From the NCBI RefSeq assembly GCF_018350175.1, contig NC_058368.1, forward strand, positions 54,438,001 through 54,502,000: a stretch of 64,000 nucleotides of DNA, read 5' to 3'. This document shows, one piece after another, positions 25,981-38,929 of this stretch. Source of the DNA: Felis catus (Eukaryota). The notes under the pieces were generated by a model. That model was not told the origin of the DNA. It made no database searches and was given only the letters and a program-made list of their open reading frames with translations. The position numbers were made by a program, and so were the translations under genes. The stretch's first letter is position 1. The number at the start of each line of letters is the position of its first letter.

Positions 25981-26239
25981 GGGGCACCTGGGTGGCTCGG
26001 TCGGTAAGCGTCCGACTTCGGCTCAGGTTATGATCTCAGGGTCGGTGAGTTCGAGCCCCGCGTGGGTCTCTGTGCTGACAGCTCAGAGCCTGGAGCCTGT
26101 TTCAGATTCTGTGTCTCCCTCTCTCTCTGCCCCTCCCCTGTTCATGCTCTGTCTCTCTCTGTCCCAAAAATAAATAAACGTTGAAAAAAAAATTAAAATA
26201 AATAAATAAATAAATAAACGTTAAAAAAATAAAAAAAAA
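25981..26239 (+). mobile_element. SINEC in the L1 3'UTR, with a doubled tail
   Basis: TSD aagaatctttt at 25970-25980 and 26240-26250. Confidence 0.97.
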
Positions 26240-28943
26240 AAGAATCTTTTGTGGTCTGTTTCTTTCTCTTCTCTCCCTGCCCCCACTCCACCGCTTCCAA
26301 TTTATTCATCTATTTTGTTTCTTAAGTACCACATGAGTGAAATCGTAAGGTATTTTTCTTTCTCTGATTGACTTAATTCGCTTAGCATAATAAATTTTAG
26401 CTCCATCCATGTCATTGCAAATGGTCGAGTAATATTCCATTGCGTATATATACCACTTCTTTATCCATTCATTAGTCGACAGACATTTGGGCTTTCCATA
26501 GTTTGGCTTTTGTTGATAATGCTGCTATAAACATTGGGGTGCATGTATCCCTTTGATTCTGTATTGCTGTATCCTTTAGGTAAATACTTAATAGTGCAAT
26601 TGCTGGATAATAGAGTAGTTCTATTTTTACTCTAACATTTTACTCTATTTTGAGGAACCTCTATACTGTTTTCCAGTATAAAACTTTGCACCAGTTTGCA
26701 TTCCCACCAGCAGTTCAAAAGTGTTACCTTTCTCTGCATCCTTGCCAACATCTGTTTCTTGTGTTGTTAATTTTGGTCATTCTGACAGATGTGAGGTTGT
26801 ATCTCATGATGGTTTTGATTTGCAGTTCTCTGATGACGAGTGATATTGAGCATCTTTTCATGTGTCTGTTAGCCATTTGTATGTCTTCTTTGGAGAAGTG
26901 TTTATTCATGTCTTCTGCCCATTTCTTCACTGGCTTATTTGTTTTTCTGTGTATTGAGTTTGATAAGTTCTTTATACATTTTAGATACTAATCCTTTATC
27001 AGATATGTTGTTTGCAAATATCTTCCTCCATTCATTGGCCTGCCTTTTGGTTTTGTTATTTCCTTCCCTGTGCAGAAGATTTATCTTTATAAAGTCCCAG
27101 TAGTTCATGTTTGCTTTTGTTTCCTTTGACTTCTGCAATGTTCCCAGTAAGAATTTGCTCTGGCCAAGGTCAAAGAGGTTTCTGCCCATGTTCTCCTCAA
27201 GGATTTTGATACTTTCCTGTCTCACATTTAGGTGTTTCATCCATTTTGAATTCATTTTTGTGTATGGTATTAAAAAGCGGTCCAGTTTCATTCTTCTGCA
27301 TGTCACCATCCAGTTTTCCCAACACCATTTGTTGAAGAGACTGTTTTCAATGGGACATTCTTTCCTGCTTTGTTGAAGATTAGTTGACTGTAGAGTTGTG
27401 GGTCCATTTCTGGCTTTTTCATTCTGTTCCATGGATCTATGTGTCTGTTTTTGTTCCAGTACCATACTGTCTTCATGACTACAGGTTTGTAATATAGCTT
27501 GAAACCTGGAATTGTCATGCCTCCAGTTTTGTTTTTCGTTTTCAGAATTGATTTGGCTATTTGGGGTCTTTTGTAGTTCCATATAAATTTTAGGATTGTT
27601 TGTTCTAGCTCCACAAATATGCTGGTAATATTTTGATAGGGATTGCATTAAATATGTCGATTGCTTTGGGAAGTATAGACATTTTAACAATGTTTATTAT
27701 TCCAATCCACGAGCATGGAATGCTTTTCCATTTCATTGTGTCGTCTTCAATTTCTTTCCTAACTGTTCTATAGTTTTCAGAGTACAATTCTTTTACCTCT
27801 TTAGTTAGTCTTATTCCTAGGTATCTTATGGTCTGGGGTGCATTTGTAAATGGGATCGATTTCTTGATTTCTTTTTCTGCTGCTTTACTATTGTATATGC
27901 AGCTATACATTCTCCTGTATATGTAGCAGATTTCTGCATGTTGATTTTGTATCCTACAACTTTGCTGAACTCATGTATTAGTTCTAGCAATTTTTTGGTG
28001 GAAACTTTCAAGTTTTCTATATAGAGTGTCATGTTGTCTGCAGGGAGTGAAAGTTTGACTTCTTCTTTACTGATATCTTTTACTTCTTTTTGTTGTCTGA
28101 TTGCTCAGGCTAAGGCTTCCAGTACTATCTTAAACATAATGGTGAGAGTGGGCATCCTTGTCTTGTTCTTGACTGTAGGGGAAAGGCTCTCACTTCTGCC
28201 CCATTGAGGATGATATTAGCTGTGTGTCTTCTGTATATGGCCTTAACCATGTTGAGGTATGTTCATTTATGCCTACTTTCTTGAGGGTTTTTATCAAGAA
28301 TGGATGCTGTATTTTGTCAAATGTTTTTTTCTGCATCTATTGACAGGATCATAAAGTTTTTATCCTTTCTTTTATTAATAGGTGTATCACATGGATTGAT
28401 TTGCAAATAGAGAAACTTCCCTGCAGCCCAGGAATAAATCCCACTTGATCATGGTGAATAATTCTTTTAAAGTACTATTGAATTTGATTTGCTAGTATGC
28501 TGTTGAGAACTTTTGCATCCATGTTCATCAGGGATACTGGCCTGCAATTCTCGTTTTTAATAGGGTCTTTGTCTGGTTTTGGAATCAAGGTAATGCTAGC
28601 TTCATAGAATGAGTTTAGAAATTTTCCTTCCATTTCTATTGAAATACTTTGAGCAGAATAGGTATTAACTCTGCTTTAAATGTCTGGTAGAATTCCCCTG
28701 GGAAGCCATCTGGCCCAGCACTCTTGTTTGCTGGGGAATTTTTGATTGCTGAGTCCATTTTTTTGCTGGTTATGGGTATGTTCAAATTTTCTATTTCTTA
28801 CTGTTCCAGTTTTGTTAGTTTGTAAGTTTCTAGGAATTTGTGCATTTCTTCCAGATTGCCCAGTTTGTTGGCATATAATTTTTCATAGCATTCTCTTATA
28901 ATTGTCTGTATTTCACTGGTGTTGTTGTGATCTCTCCTCTTTC

Positions 28944-29143
28944 TTTCTTTCTTTTTTAAATGTTTATTTCCTTTCGAGGGGGCGAGGAGGGGCAGAGAGA
29001 GAGGGGAGACACGGAATCCGAAGCAAGCTCCAGGCTCCAAGGTGTCAGCACAGAGCCTGACCTGGGGCTCAAACCCACAAACCATGAGATCATGACTTGA
29101 GCCAAAGTCAGACGCTTAACCAACTGAGCCACCCAGGCACCCC
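28944..29143 (-). mobile_element. SINEC inside L1 ORF2
   Basis: TSD tgatc(t/c)ctcctctttc. Confidence 0.95.
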
Positions 29144-30131
29144 ATGATCCCTCCTCTTTCATTCATAATTTTATCTATTTGGGTCCTTTCTCTTTTGTTT
29201 TTGGTGAGGCTAGCTAGGGGTTTATCAATTTTGTTAATTCTTTCAAAGAACCAACCCTTAGTTTCATTGATCTGTTCTACTGCTTTTTTGTTTGTTCATT
29301 TTGTTTTGTTTTCCTTGGTTTGTTTCTATATTGTTTATTTCTGCTCTAATCTTTATTATTTCCCTTCTTATGCTGGCTTTCAGCTTTATTTGCTGTTCCT
29401 TTTCTAGCTCTTTTAGGTGTAAGATTAGGTTGTGTATTTGGGACCTTTCTTGCTCCTTGAGATAGTTCTGAATTGCAATATACTTCCCTTTAGGACCACC
29501 TTTGCTGCATCCCATAGATTTTGGAATGTTGTGTTTTAATTTTCATTTGCTTCGATGTATTTTTTAAATTTCTTCTTTAATTTCCTGGTTAACCCATTCA
29601 TTCTTTAGTAGCATGTTCTTTATCTTTCATGTATTTGAGGGATTTCCAAATTTTTTCTTGTGGTTGACTTCAAGCTTCATAGTGTTGTGGTCTAAACATA
29701 TGCATGCTATGATCTTGATATTTTTGTACTAGTTGAGGGTTGATTTGTGACTCAGTATGTGATCTGTTCTGGAGAATATTCCACGTGCACTTGAAAAGAA
29801 TGTGTATTCTGCTGCCTTAGGATGAAATGTTCTGGATATATCTGTTAAGTTCATCCGGTATAGTGTGTCATTCAAAGCCATTGTTTCCTTGTTATTTTTT
29901 GCTTAGATGATCTGTTCATCATTGTAAGTGGCCTGTTAAAGCCCCTTATAGTTATTGTATTATTATAGTAAGTTTATGTTTTTTATGAACTGATTTATAT
30001 ATTTGGGCATCTCCAAATTGGGGACATAAATATTTACAATTGTTAGATATTCTTGATGGATAGATCCCTTAATTATGATATAATGTCCTTTATCTTTTGT
30101 TACAACCTTTGTTTTAGAATCTAGTTTGTAT

Positions 30132-30366
30132 GGGGATACCTGGGTGGCTCAGTTGGCTAAGCATCTGACTCTTGATTTTGGCTCAGGTGATGATCTCACA
30201 GTTCATGAGATGGACCCTCATGTGGGGTTCTGCATTTACAGTGAAGGACCTGCTTGGGATTCCCATTCTCTATTCCTCTATTTCTGCCCCTCCCTCTCTC
30301 TCTCTTTCTCAAAACTAAATGAAAATAAATAAACATTTAAAAATTAAATAAATAAAAAATTAAATA
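30132..30366 (+). mobile_element. SINEC inside the L1 ORF2 endonuclease region
   Basis: TSD aatctagt(t/g)tgt. Confidence 0.93.
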
Positions 30367-30683
30367 AAATCTAGTGTGTCTGATATGTATGGCTACTCTG
30401 GCTTTCTTTTGATGTCCATTAGCATGATAGATGGTTCTCCATGCTCTCACTTTCAACTCACCTAAAATGAGTCTCTAGTAGAGATGGATCTTGTTTATTT
30501 TTTTAAAAATCATTTCTGATACCCTATGTCTTTTGATTGGAGCATTTAGTCCACTTACATTCCAAGTGATTGAAAGGTATTAATTTAGTGTGTGTTACCT
30601 GTAGAGTTGGTATTTCTGGTGATGTTCTCTGGTCCTTTATAGTCTTTGTTGCTTTGGTCTTTTTTTTGTTTGTTTTTTTCCAC

Positions 30684-31588
30684 TTAAAGAATCACCCTTA
30701 AAATTTCTTGCAGGGTTGGTTTAGTGTTCACAAACTCCATTTCTTTTCTTTCTTTATTGTTTTTCTTTTGCCTGCAAAACTCTTTATCTCTCCTATTCTG
30801 AATGACAGCCTTGCTGGATAAAGAATTCTTGGCTACAGATTTTTCCCATTCAGCATATTTAATATTTCCTGCCACTCCTTTCTAGCCTGACATATTTCTG
30901 TGAACAGAGCTGTTGTGAACCTGATCTGTCTTCTATGGTAGGTTAGGACTTTTTTCCCTTGCTGCTGTCAGGATTCTTTCCTTGCCTGTGTATTTTGTGC
31001 ATTTGACTTTGATATGCCTTGGTAATGATCAGCTTTTGTTGAATATAATGGGAGTTCTCTGTGCTTCTTCAATTTTGATGTCTGTATCCTTCCCCAGGTT
31101 AGGGTAGTTTTCAGCTATAATTTGTTTGAATTAACCTTCTGCCTGTTTTTCTCTCTTTGTCTTCTGGGACTCCTACGATACTAATATTATTATGTTTTAA
31201 TCAGTTACTGAATTCAATACATCTGCCTTCGTGGTCCATGGCCTCTCTTTCCCTCTTCTTTTCAGCTTCATTAGTTTCCATATTTTTATCTTCTCTATCA
31301 CTGATTTGTTCTTCTGCTTTGTCCATCCTTGTTTTTATGGCCTCCATTTCAGATTGCATCTCAGGTATAGTATTTTTAATTTCAGCCTGACTAGATTTTT
31401 GTTCTTTTATCTCTGCAGTAAGGGATACTCTAATGTCACCTATGCTTTTATCAAGCCCAGCTAATATCCTTATAATTGTTATTTTAAATTCTAGCTCAGA
31501 CCATCTTACCTATATCTGCATTGATTAAGTATCTGGCCATCATTTCTTCCTGTTCTTTCTTTTGGGGTGAATTCCTCTGTCTTGTCAT
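30684..31588 (-). pseudogene. Disrupted L1 ORF1
   Basis: Begins MTRQRNSPQKKEQEE at 31588; ends EFVNTKPTLQEILRVIL. Confidence 0.92.
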
Positions 31589-33159
31589 TTTGGAGAGAAA
31601 GAAAAAATCAGAATAAAATAAAAATGTAAGAATCAAAGAAAAAAATTTTAAATAAAATAAAATACATAATGGAAGCTAGATCCTAGGTGTGTTTTGGTCT
31701 GCTTGCTACAAGAAGCTTGGTAGAAAAAAGGTAGAAAGAAAGAAAAGAAAGGAAGGAAAAAAATCTAAAATTAAAAGTATATATAAAATTAAAAAATAAA
31801 AAAAATAATAAATCGCTGTTTCTGTATAAAACAAACAAAACATAAACAAATAAAACAAAACAAAACAAAAACAAAAAGAAACCAACAAACAAACAAACCC
31901 CAAAGGAGCTGAAGCTTTGCAGCACTCTATGATCTATGGACTTGGTATGGGCAAGAGGCTTGTGCTGGTCTTCTGGAGGAGGAGCCTGCTGCTCTGATTC
32001 TCAGGTGTAGTTGTCCTAGTGGGGATGTGCCTGCAAGGCTCAAGGTGGTGGGGTTTGGTGTAGCGGCTCTGCTCTCCACTTGGTGGCACTGCTTAGCTCA
32101 CAGAGGGGGATCAAGCTGCCGGGTGCGGGGAGAAAATGGCTTTGCCGGGTTCTCTCATCTTGGGAGTGGGAGATACATGCTACCCCTCTTCAGTGAGCCC
32201 TAACAGACATACAAAAAGCGACCCTGCCTGTATCCCTGGTTTCAGTAAGATTCCCGCCTTCACATTGTCTGTGTCTGAGCTGTCAGCCTGCCAAATGGCA
32301 GAGCACTCCTGTGTTTTAACTCAGGTTGGGCTGTTTCAAAACTCCACACTTCAGAGACCCCTGTGGCACAGACTGGCACTGGTCATCTGAGGGAGGGTCA
32401 CCCTGTGTTGTGGCCACTGCCGGCTTGTCATAGGTTACAGCCAAGAGACTATGTAGTGGATCAGTTTATGGTAAATTACAACACACAGCTGGTGTCAGGG
32501 ATTGCCGCACTCATCCATCATCTTTGTTCTTACAATGGTGAGCAGGACAGCTGGATGGTGCCCTTGTCCAAGGAGAGGTTGTATCACCTCTCCCAAATGC
32601 ATTCCATGCAGGGGAACCACTTCTCCTCGTGTAACCTTGGGGATTCTCAGGCTGCCAGTTGCTGGGGACCAGCTCTGCTGTCCCACCAAAGCACGGCTTA
32701 CCTACCCAGCATGAACTTGGCAATGTCTCAGACCTCCAAAACTTCAGAATCCAAGCTCTGCTGTTTATAGAAAACTGGCGGTATTATAACCCTCTCTTTT
32801 TTCCCTGTGAAAGATTTTGGGGAGTGGTTTTCTTGTGCAGTGCTCTGCATGTGTTTTTGCTTCCTCCCCTGCCTCCCCCGCCCCCCCTGCACTTCTCTCT
32901 CTCCTTCTCTCTTGCTATTCCCACTGTGGTCAGGGCTCCCTCCCCTGGGAAGTGCTGGAGGTTCTTTTCTCTTAGAAACTACACAGTTCCTACCTTCCAC
33001 AGGTCCTTTTTCTCATTTGTAGAGGTGCAGCTTTGTTCTCTAAGACTTCCAATTGATTTCTTGGGTGTTCAGAATGATTTGATATTTATTTAGCTGTGTT
33101 CCAGGGAAGAGGCTAGCTTAGGGTCGCCCTACCTCTCTGCCATCATACCTCCAACCAGC

Positions 33160-34355
33160 CAGCAAAAGAAGTTCTAAGAGAAGCCTGTAGCTATAAACAC
33201 GTATACAAGACAAAAACATCTCAATAAACTACCCAACATTACATCTCAAAATATAGAAAAAGAAGAACAAATAAAACCCAGAATTAACAGAAGGAAGGAG
33301 ATAACAAACACTAAGAAATAAGTGGAATACAGAATAGGAAAGATTAATGAAACTAAGAGTTGGTTCTTTGAAAATATAAACAAAGTTGGCAAACTTTTAG
33401 CCAGACTAATCAAGAAAAAAAGAGAGAGGCTGAATCATGAAGAAATGGAAAATCTGAACAGATTAATGACAAGTAAGGAGATTAAATCAATAATCAAAAT
33501 TCTCTCACCAAAGAAAAGTCCATGAACAGATGGTTTCTTAGATAAATTCTACCAAATATTTAAAGAGTAAATACTAATTCTCAAACTCTTACCAAAATGC
33601 GAAGAGGGAAAAGCCCTCATAAACTCATTCTATGAGGCCACCATTATCCTATACCAAAGCCAGACAGGGACACTCCAAGAAAAGAATACTATAGGTCAAT
33701 ATCCCCAATGATTATAGATGAAAAAGTTCTCAGTAAAATATTAGCTAACAGCACATTAAAAGGATCATACATTATGATCAAGTGGAATTCATCCCTGGGA
33801 TACAAGGATGGTTCAACACATGAAAATCAACAAATACATCATATTAATAGAATGAAAATAAAATCTATATACTTGTCTTGATAGGTGCAAAAAAAGCATT
33901 TGACAAAATACAACATATTTTCATGATAAAAACTCATAACAAATTGGGTATAGAAACAATATAACTCAACATAATAAAAGTCTTATATGACAAACCCAAA
34001 GCTAATGTCATACCTAACCCTGAAAGGTTAAAATATTTTCCTATAAGATCAGGAACAAGACAAGGGCACTAACTCTTATCAATTTTATTCAATACAGTAA
34101 AGGAATTCCTAGCCAGAAGAATGAGGCCAAAAAAAAAAAAAAAAAAGAAAGAAAGAAATAAAAGGCATCCATATTGAAAAGGAAAAAGTAAAACTGTCTT
34201 TTTTCAGATGACATGATTTTATAAAGTCCTAGACTCCACCAAAAAGTTAGAACTAATCAGTAATACTCAGTAAAGTTGCAGGATATAAAATCAATATTCA
34301 GAAATTAGTTGCATTTCTATACTTAAAAATCAAATGTCTAAAAAAGAAATTAAGG
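33160..34355 (+). mobile_element. Older L1 ORF2 fragment (host of the full-length L1)
   Basis: Track 33322 KINETKSWFFENINKVGKLLARLIKKKRE; ttttcagatgacatgatt (FADD-like); a short 5' piece remains at about 25750-25791. Confidence 0.92.
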
Positions 34356-34440
34356 GATTTGCAATAGTCTTCTTTCTGCTTGCATGCTGCAGCTTTCTCT
34401 GCTTTTTCACCATGCATAGCTCTATCTTCAGGTAACTTTC

Positions 34441-34657
34441 TTTCTTTAATTTGTCAATGTTTATTTATTTGTGAGAGACAAAGAGACAGAGCACAAGCAG
34501 GGAGGGGCAGAGAGAGAGGGAGACACAGGATCCAAAGCAGGCTCCAGGCTCTGAGCTGTCAGCACAGAGCCCGACATGGGGCTCAAACTCACAAACCATG
34601 AGATCATGATCTGAGCTGAAGTCAGATGCTTAACTGACTGAGCCAGCCAGGCACTCC
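34441..34657 (-). mobile_element. Carnivore SINE
   Basis: Perfect TSD ttcaggtaactttc at 34427-34440 and 34658-34671. Confidence 0.96.
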
Positions 34658-34671
34658 TTCAGGTAACTTTC

Positions 34672-34895
34672 AGTGACACCTTTTCACTAGCTTTCCAGAC
34701 TAATTAAATCTCGTTGCTATTTAAAGGGTTCTTATACTGCCCCTTTCTGATATTGATAACACTTGTATTTGTTGTTCAATGTGTATCTTCATATTAGACT
34801 GTAATGTTTAAAAATTCAGAAACTGTTCTATTATGCTCAGTACTGTGTGCCCGGATCTGTCAGAGAGTAGAGATCGATGATAATTGTTGCTGATA
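34672..34895 (+). mobile_element. L2 3' end fragment
   Basis: attagactgtaa...cagaaactgttc...agagagtag...aattgttgctga. Confidence 0.6.
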
Positions 34896-34909
34896 ATATC
34901 TTCACTATT

Positions 34910-36520
34910 TCAAAGTTGGGTGACTTAAAATATGAAATAATTATTGACAGAAATAAGGATCAAAAAGGAAAAGCCATTTTTTTCCAGGAAATAAGATAGA
35001 TGTATGTTTTCATGCTCCATTTTAATTTAGATAGGATTTCCAGGTGTAGATATTTAGAGCCAATTAGAAGCATAAAGTTTTAAAAAAAGTAGAAAAGGAA
35101 ACATTAAAACAAATACAAAACTTAAAATACAAGTAGTCATATTGATGAGAAAAAAAAAACATATTGCAGAAATACAAAATTGCCTAAGCATAAGCATCAA
35201 CTATGAGAATCTGGTCATTAAGGTTATGGTAATTAATATGATTGCTCAGGAAAAATACAGGGATAAAGCCAAGGACTGAACCTTGTAGAGTGGCTAAATT
35301 TTGGCAATTGAATGAACAATAATAGCATGTAAAAGATATAGAGAAAGAAGAGAACAATGTTTGCATGAAGTACAGAAACTAGATAAGGGAGTGCATGAGT
35401 GAGAACAAGAGGTACAAGAGAGTCTGAGGCTGGAGACTGAGAAATAACTGTTCAATATGAATGCGTTCAACGGTACTTTTCAAGGAAGAGTTTAGTAGGG
35501 TAGGGGAGCTGTATTAAAGAGCTTCAAGAACTATTTTGGAAGATAAAAATGGGAAGTAGAGCACAATTTTTTCCAAGATTCTGGTCACAAGTTGGAAAAA
35601 TAGGGTTTTAGCTTGAAAAGAGGGAAAGCTTTTTATTTTTCTTTTAAAGGAAAAGGAAGATTTGACCATGTATAACAGAAAGAAATAGCCAACGAATTGG
35701 GTTGAGTTAGAGAATTAAGAAACAAAAGAGATGATTGAGGAAGAAACTTACTAGGAAATGCATAGAGATTATAATTTACTTTTATCATCATCATTATTAT
35801 CATTACCATCTTTATTAGGATAGATAGGCTCAAGGATGCACGTTAAGAGCCTTAGCGTCTCAAATAATAATAATAGTTGTAATTTGTTAAATGTTTACTA
35901 TCTGTTAAAAAATCTGTTAATTGCCCTTTATTACCCTTCAAGTTAGAAAATTGCACATCCACTTTGGAGATGATGACATTGAGGCTGTGAAGTTGAAAAA
36001 CTTGTTAAGGTCATACCATGTCAACAAAGAGTATTAACTCTGACTCCAGACCCAAAGCACTCCACCAGTGCATGCTGCTGTTACCCTGCAAAGGAAACAA
36101 TTTCCTCAAGACAAAGCAAAAACAAAGAGGCAGAGATGCACAGATTTTCTGAGTAGAAGGAGGAGGCATTTGGGTAAGCTTAGGCTGGGATGGTTTCAAT
36201 TTTCTCAGTAGGAGGTTAGGTTATGTGCTAGGAAGGGAGGGAGGAGCACTGGGATTAGGGACTTGAGCGTAGCGGAAACATTTGGAACAGCTGCAACTAG
36301 GAATGCAATAGGGAGTCAACAAGTGATAAATAAAAGATTTGCTGAGATACATTGAGAGCCCAGCTGAGGTCACTTGACTTGGTCACTATTGTTGAGCGAC
36401 TTGCTTCAGTTTATAAACGTGGGAAGAGAAATTGGGCAGTAGGCGTTATTGAAATGTGAGGATTGGCAAGGGGGAAATAGCTGAAGAACAAAGGGGCGGG
36501 AGATGTAGGCGGGTTGTAAG
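34910..36520 (-). mobile_element. Decayed L2 body with an inserted MIR
   Basis: Purine-rich L2-like motifs: aaggactgaaccttg, ggtacttttcaaggaagagtttagt, cacaattttttccaagattctgg. Confidence 0.6.
35865..36080 (-). mobile_element. MIR
   Basis: atttgttaaatgtttactat...ccactttggagatgatgacattgaggct...cttgttaaggtcatac...tctgactccaga. Confidence 0.75.
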
Positions 36521-36699
36521 TGTATTATTGACCTAACTGTGTGGGTTTTGGCAGAGTAGAGAGGAAGGGCGTGGCTCACAGCCAAGAAGTGGGCATGGCT
36601 AAGCTACTAGACAGCATGATGAAGATGAAGACAGAAGAAGGGAGACATGAGAGAGGTAGAAGGATAGCATTCCATGGCAGTTTAATAATGATAAAATAA

Positions 36700-36860
36700 T
36701 TTTAAAAAGACTTGCTAACATTTAATGGTTGCTTATCTTGGGCTAGAACCAATACCTGTATTACTGTGTTGAATTCTCATAATGACACCATCAGCTTGAT
36801 ATTATTATCTCCACTTTATACATGAAGAAACTGAAGGCTGGTTAAGTTTAGTAACTTAAA
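36700..36860 (-). mobile_element. MIR fragment
   Basis: tattattatctccactttatacatgaagaaactgaagg. Confidence 0.75.
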
Positions 36861-37209
36861 GAGGATTTTAATCCTTCTGGTGATGGAAGAGAAGTTTTCA
36901 AGGACAGGTTGTTGGGAAGCAGACTCTGTGACCTTATCCAAAAGGCAGTCTTTGATGAAGACTGAGGCTCCCTTTTGTTACCTGTATTTACATGGTTGAG
37001 TAACTCCAATTCTTTGAGATCCATTAGTAGAAACAGACATATATTTGCTTATATGTAATTCTTTTATAATCCAAGTGTACTACTTTATACATTTCATGTC
37101 ATATGAAAACTTTCTGGAGAAGGTACACACCTGTTAATTGTTACTAACACCCTCAGACACATTTTATTGGTCAGGCTGTAGTGCTCTTGCAAAGTTTTAG
37201 TTCTTGCAG

Positions 37210-37275
37210 CTGGACGAAGCTGCACATTTTGAATGCCTGAAATTTGACCTAAATGGTGTTGACATTACAGTGACT
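37210..37275 (+). other. Candidate 66-nt phase-0 exon
   Basis: ttttagttcttgcAG| ... ACT|GTGAGT; only frame 0 is open: LDEAAHFECLKFDLNGVDITVT. Confidence 0.2.
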
Positions 37276-37649
37276 GTGAGTGATGGAAAAGGAAACAAAA
37301 AATCCTGGATTTTTTTCCTCTACAGAGACCTCTTCTTCTCAAATTAATAACAACAACAGACTCAGAAAATATCTCTTAAACTATAGACTGCAGCCAGCAG
37401 TACAGCTGCATTGTCCCAAGAGGCCCACAGAGACTTCTGCATTTTAGCCTACAACCTTCCACTCAGAAATCCCGTTATTTTGTTAAAGTGTCCTCTATCC
37501 TTGTGATTTTACTTATTCATTTTTGTTTTATTCTATTATATTTAAGTTTACGTGTCAGTGGAAAATATCTCCAATGCCTGACATAAATAACTTTAGGGGT
37601 CTATACCTACTGTGCTGTGATTTCACAGAAACAGAAAGAGGGAAAGACA

Positions 37650-38120
37650 ATTAAATTCAGTAAGTATATACTGGCAAGTACACTAATGAGTAAAGTTCTA
37701 GACCTCCTAGGGGGGTTCCAACATGATTGAAGCATTCTCTCTGTCCTCACAAGTGATATGGTTTAGAGAGACAGGTAGGCATACTGATCACAATTACAGG
37801 TAGGCAATGATTACAATACGAATCACAAAAACTTTTGATAAGTCTTTGAAAATGTGTTTTGGTAATATAGAGGAAAAGATATGTGTGGTTTGTGGATCTG
37901 AAAAGTGACTGGGGCATTAACAGCAAGGAAGATTTTGATAGGTGTGTATAAAATTAAAACTCAATGCAGATAGAGTATCACAGGCAGCAAGGCGAGATGG
38001 TGAAGATAATTTTCGTGAAACAATATGGACTTCTCTGTATAGGAGCCCAACCTGTACGCATAGAAACATGAATTGAGGCCAATTTTGAGATTTTTTTAAA
38101 TGTGTGGTTGAGGAGTACAA
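37650..38120 (-). mobile_element. L2 3' region fragment
   Basis: attcagtaagtatatactg...tctctgtcctcacaag...gagagacag. Confidence 0.5.
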
Positions 38121-38929
38121 ACAGCATTCTGTATGCTATAATCTGATATATTCTTTAGGCATCCCATTCACTCAAAATATGAAAGAAACAATTACCTGGA
38201 ACATTACACTTAATTACCTTTTCACTATTTACTTATACATTGTGCTAAAAGTAATGTGCAAACTTTAATTACATTCATGTGATAAGAGAGTTAAGAAATT
38301 GACCCTATTTAATGATAGAATGTTTAAATGAAGGAGCAGTAAGAGTTATGATCTATATGCCTTTCTTGCAGTAAAATAGACCTCATACTCTGTCCCACTT
38401 GAAGCTGCTGGACTGTGTGTGGCAGGAAGACTAAACATGTTGATATCTGCATTGCTGAGGTGGCAAGATATGAAGAATCCCACAGAGAATCAAAATGAGA
38501 ACATTGGAAAGTAATCAGCCACAAAGCCTACTTTTACCTTATGGAAAAAACCTGGATACCTTGAATTTTCTGCTCTGAGAGTTATATGGGAATTAGCCTA
38601 AGGAGATAGTCTAGCCCAGAATAGGAGCCCAAAAAGGGACTCCTCCTATAAAGCTGGGGGGGGGGGGGGAGGTGTGGAAAAAAAAAAAAGAAAAAAGGAT
38701 TTCACTGACATTGGAAGGATAAAAGGGAAATGAAACTGCCAAACAGAAAGTGACAGAAAAACAAAAGAAAAATCAACAAAGCAACCAAAACCTACCTTCA
38801 GCTTGGCATCTGGAAGAGAGGAAAAATAGCCAACCCTCATTTCAGATTGTGCTCATACATACTATCCGTATGGTCAGAAAAAAGTAACTAACATGAATTT
38901 AGGTTGATAGTATATCCATGGAATTAACA

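Larger units (their letters stand above)
26325..30595 (-). pseudogene. Frameshifted L1 ORF2 (EN/RT/Cys-rich) remnant
   Basis: Track fragments [70 protein letters not shown]. Confidence 0.95.
25792..33159 (-). mobile_element. Full-length carnivore L1 (inactive) carrying three SINEs
   Basis: 5' start about 33152 (reverse strand ggaggtatgatggcag), 5'UTR, ORF1, ORF2 and 3'UTR in order; TSD cagcaaaa(t/g)aagtt at 25778-25791 and 33160-33173. Confidence 0.96.

Noticed and set aside
26935..27690. Longest ORF (251 aa) as a host gene
   Set aside because: It is a frameshifted piece of L1 ORF2 inside a full-length dead L1
32136..33093. Cluster of overlapping ORFs in GC-richer DNA (similarly at 14419-15317)
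   Set aside because: These lie in L1 5'UTRs, where higher GC lowers stop-codon density
37305..37450. Strong acceptor ttttttcctctacag just after the 66-nt candidate exon
   Set aside because: The implied intron would be only about 50 nt, and all frames hit stops
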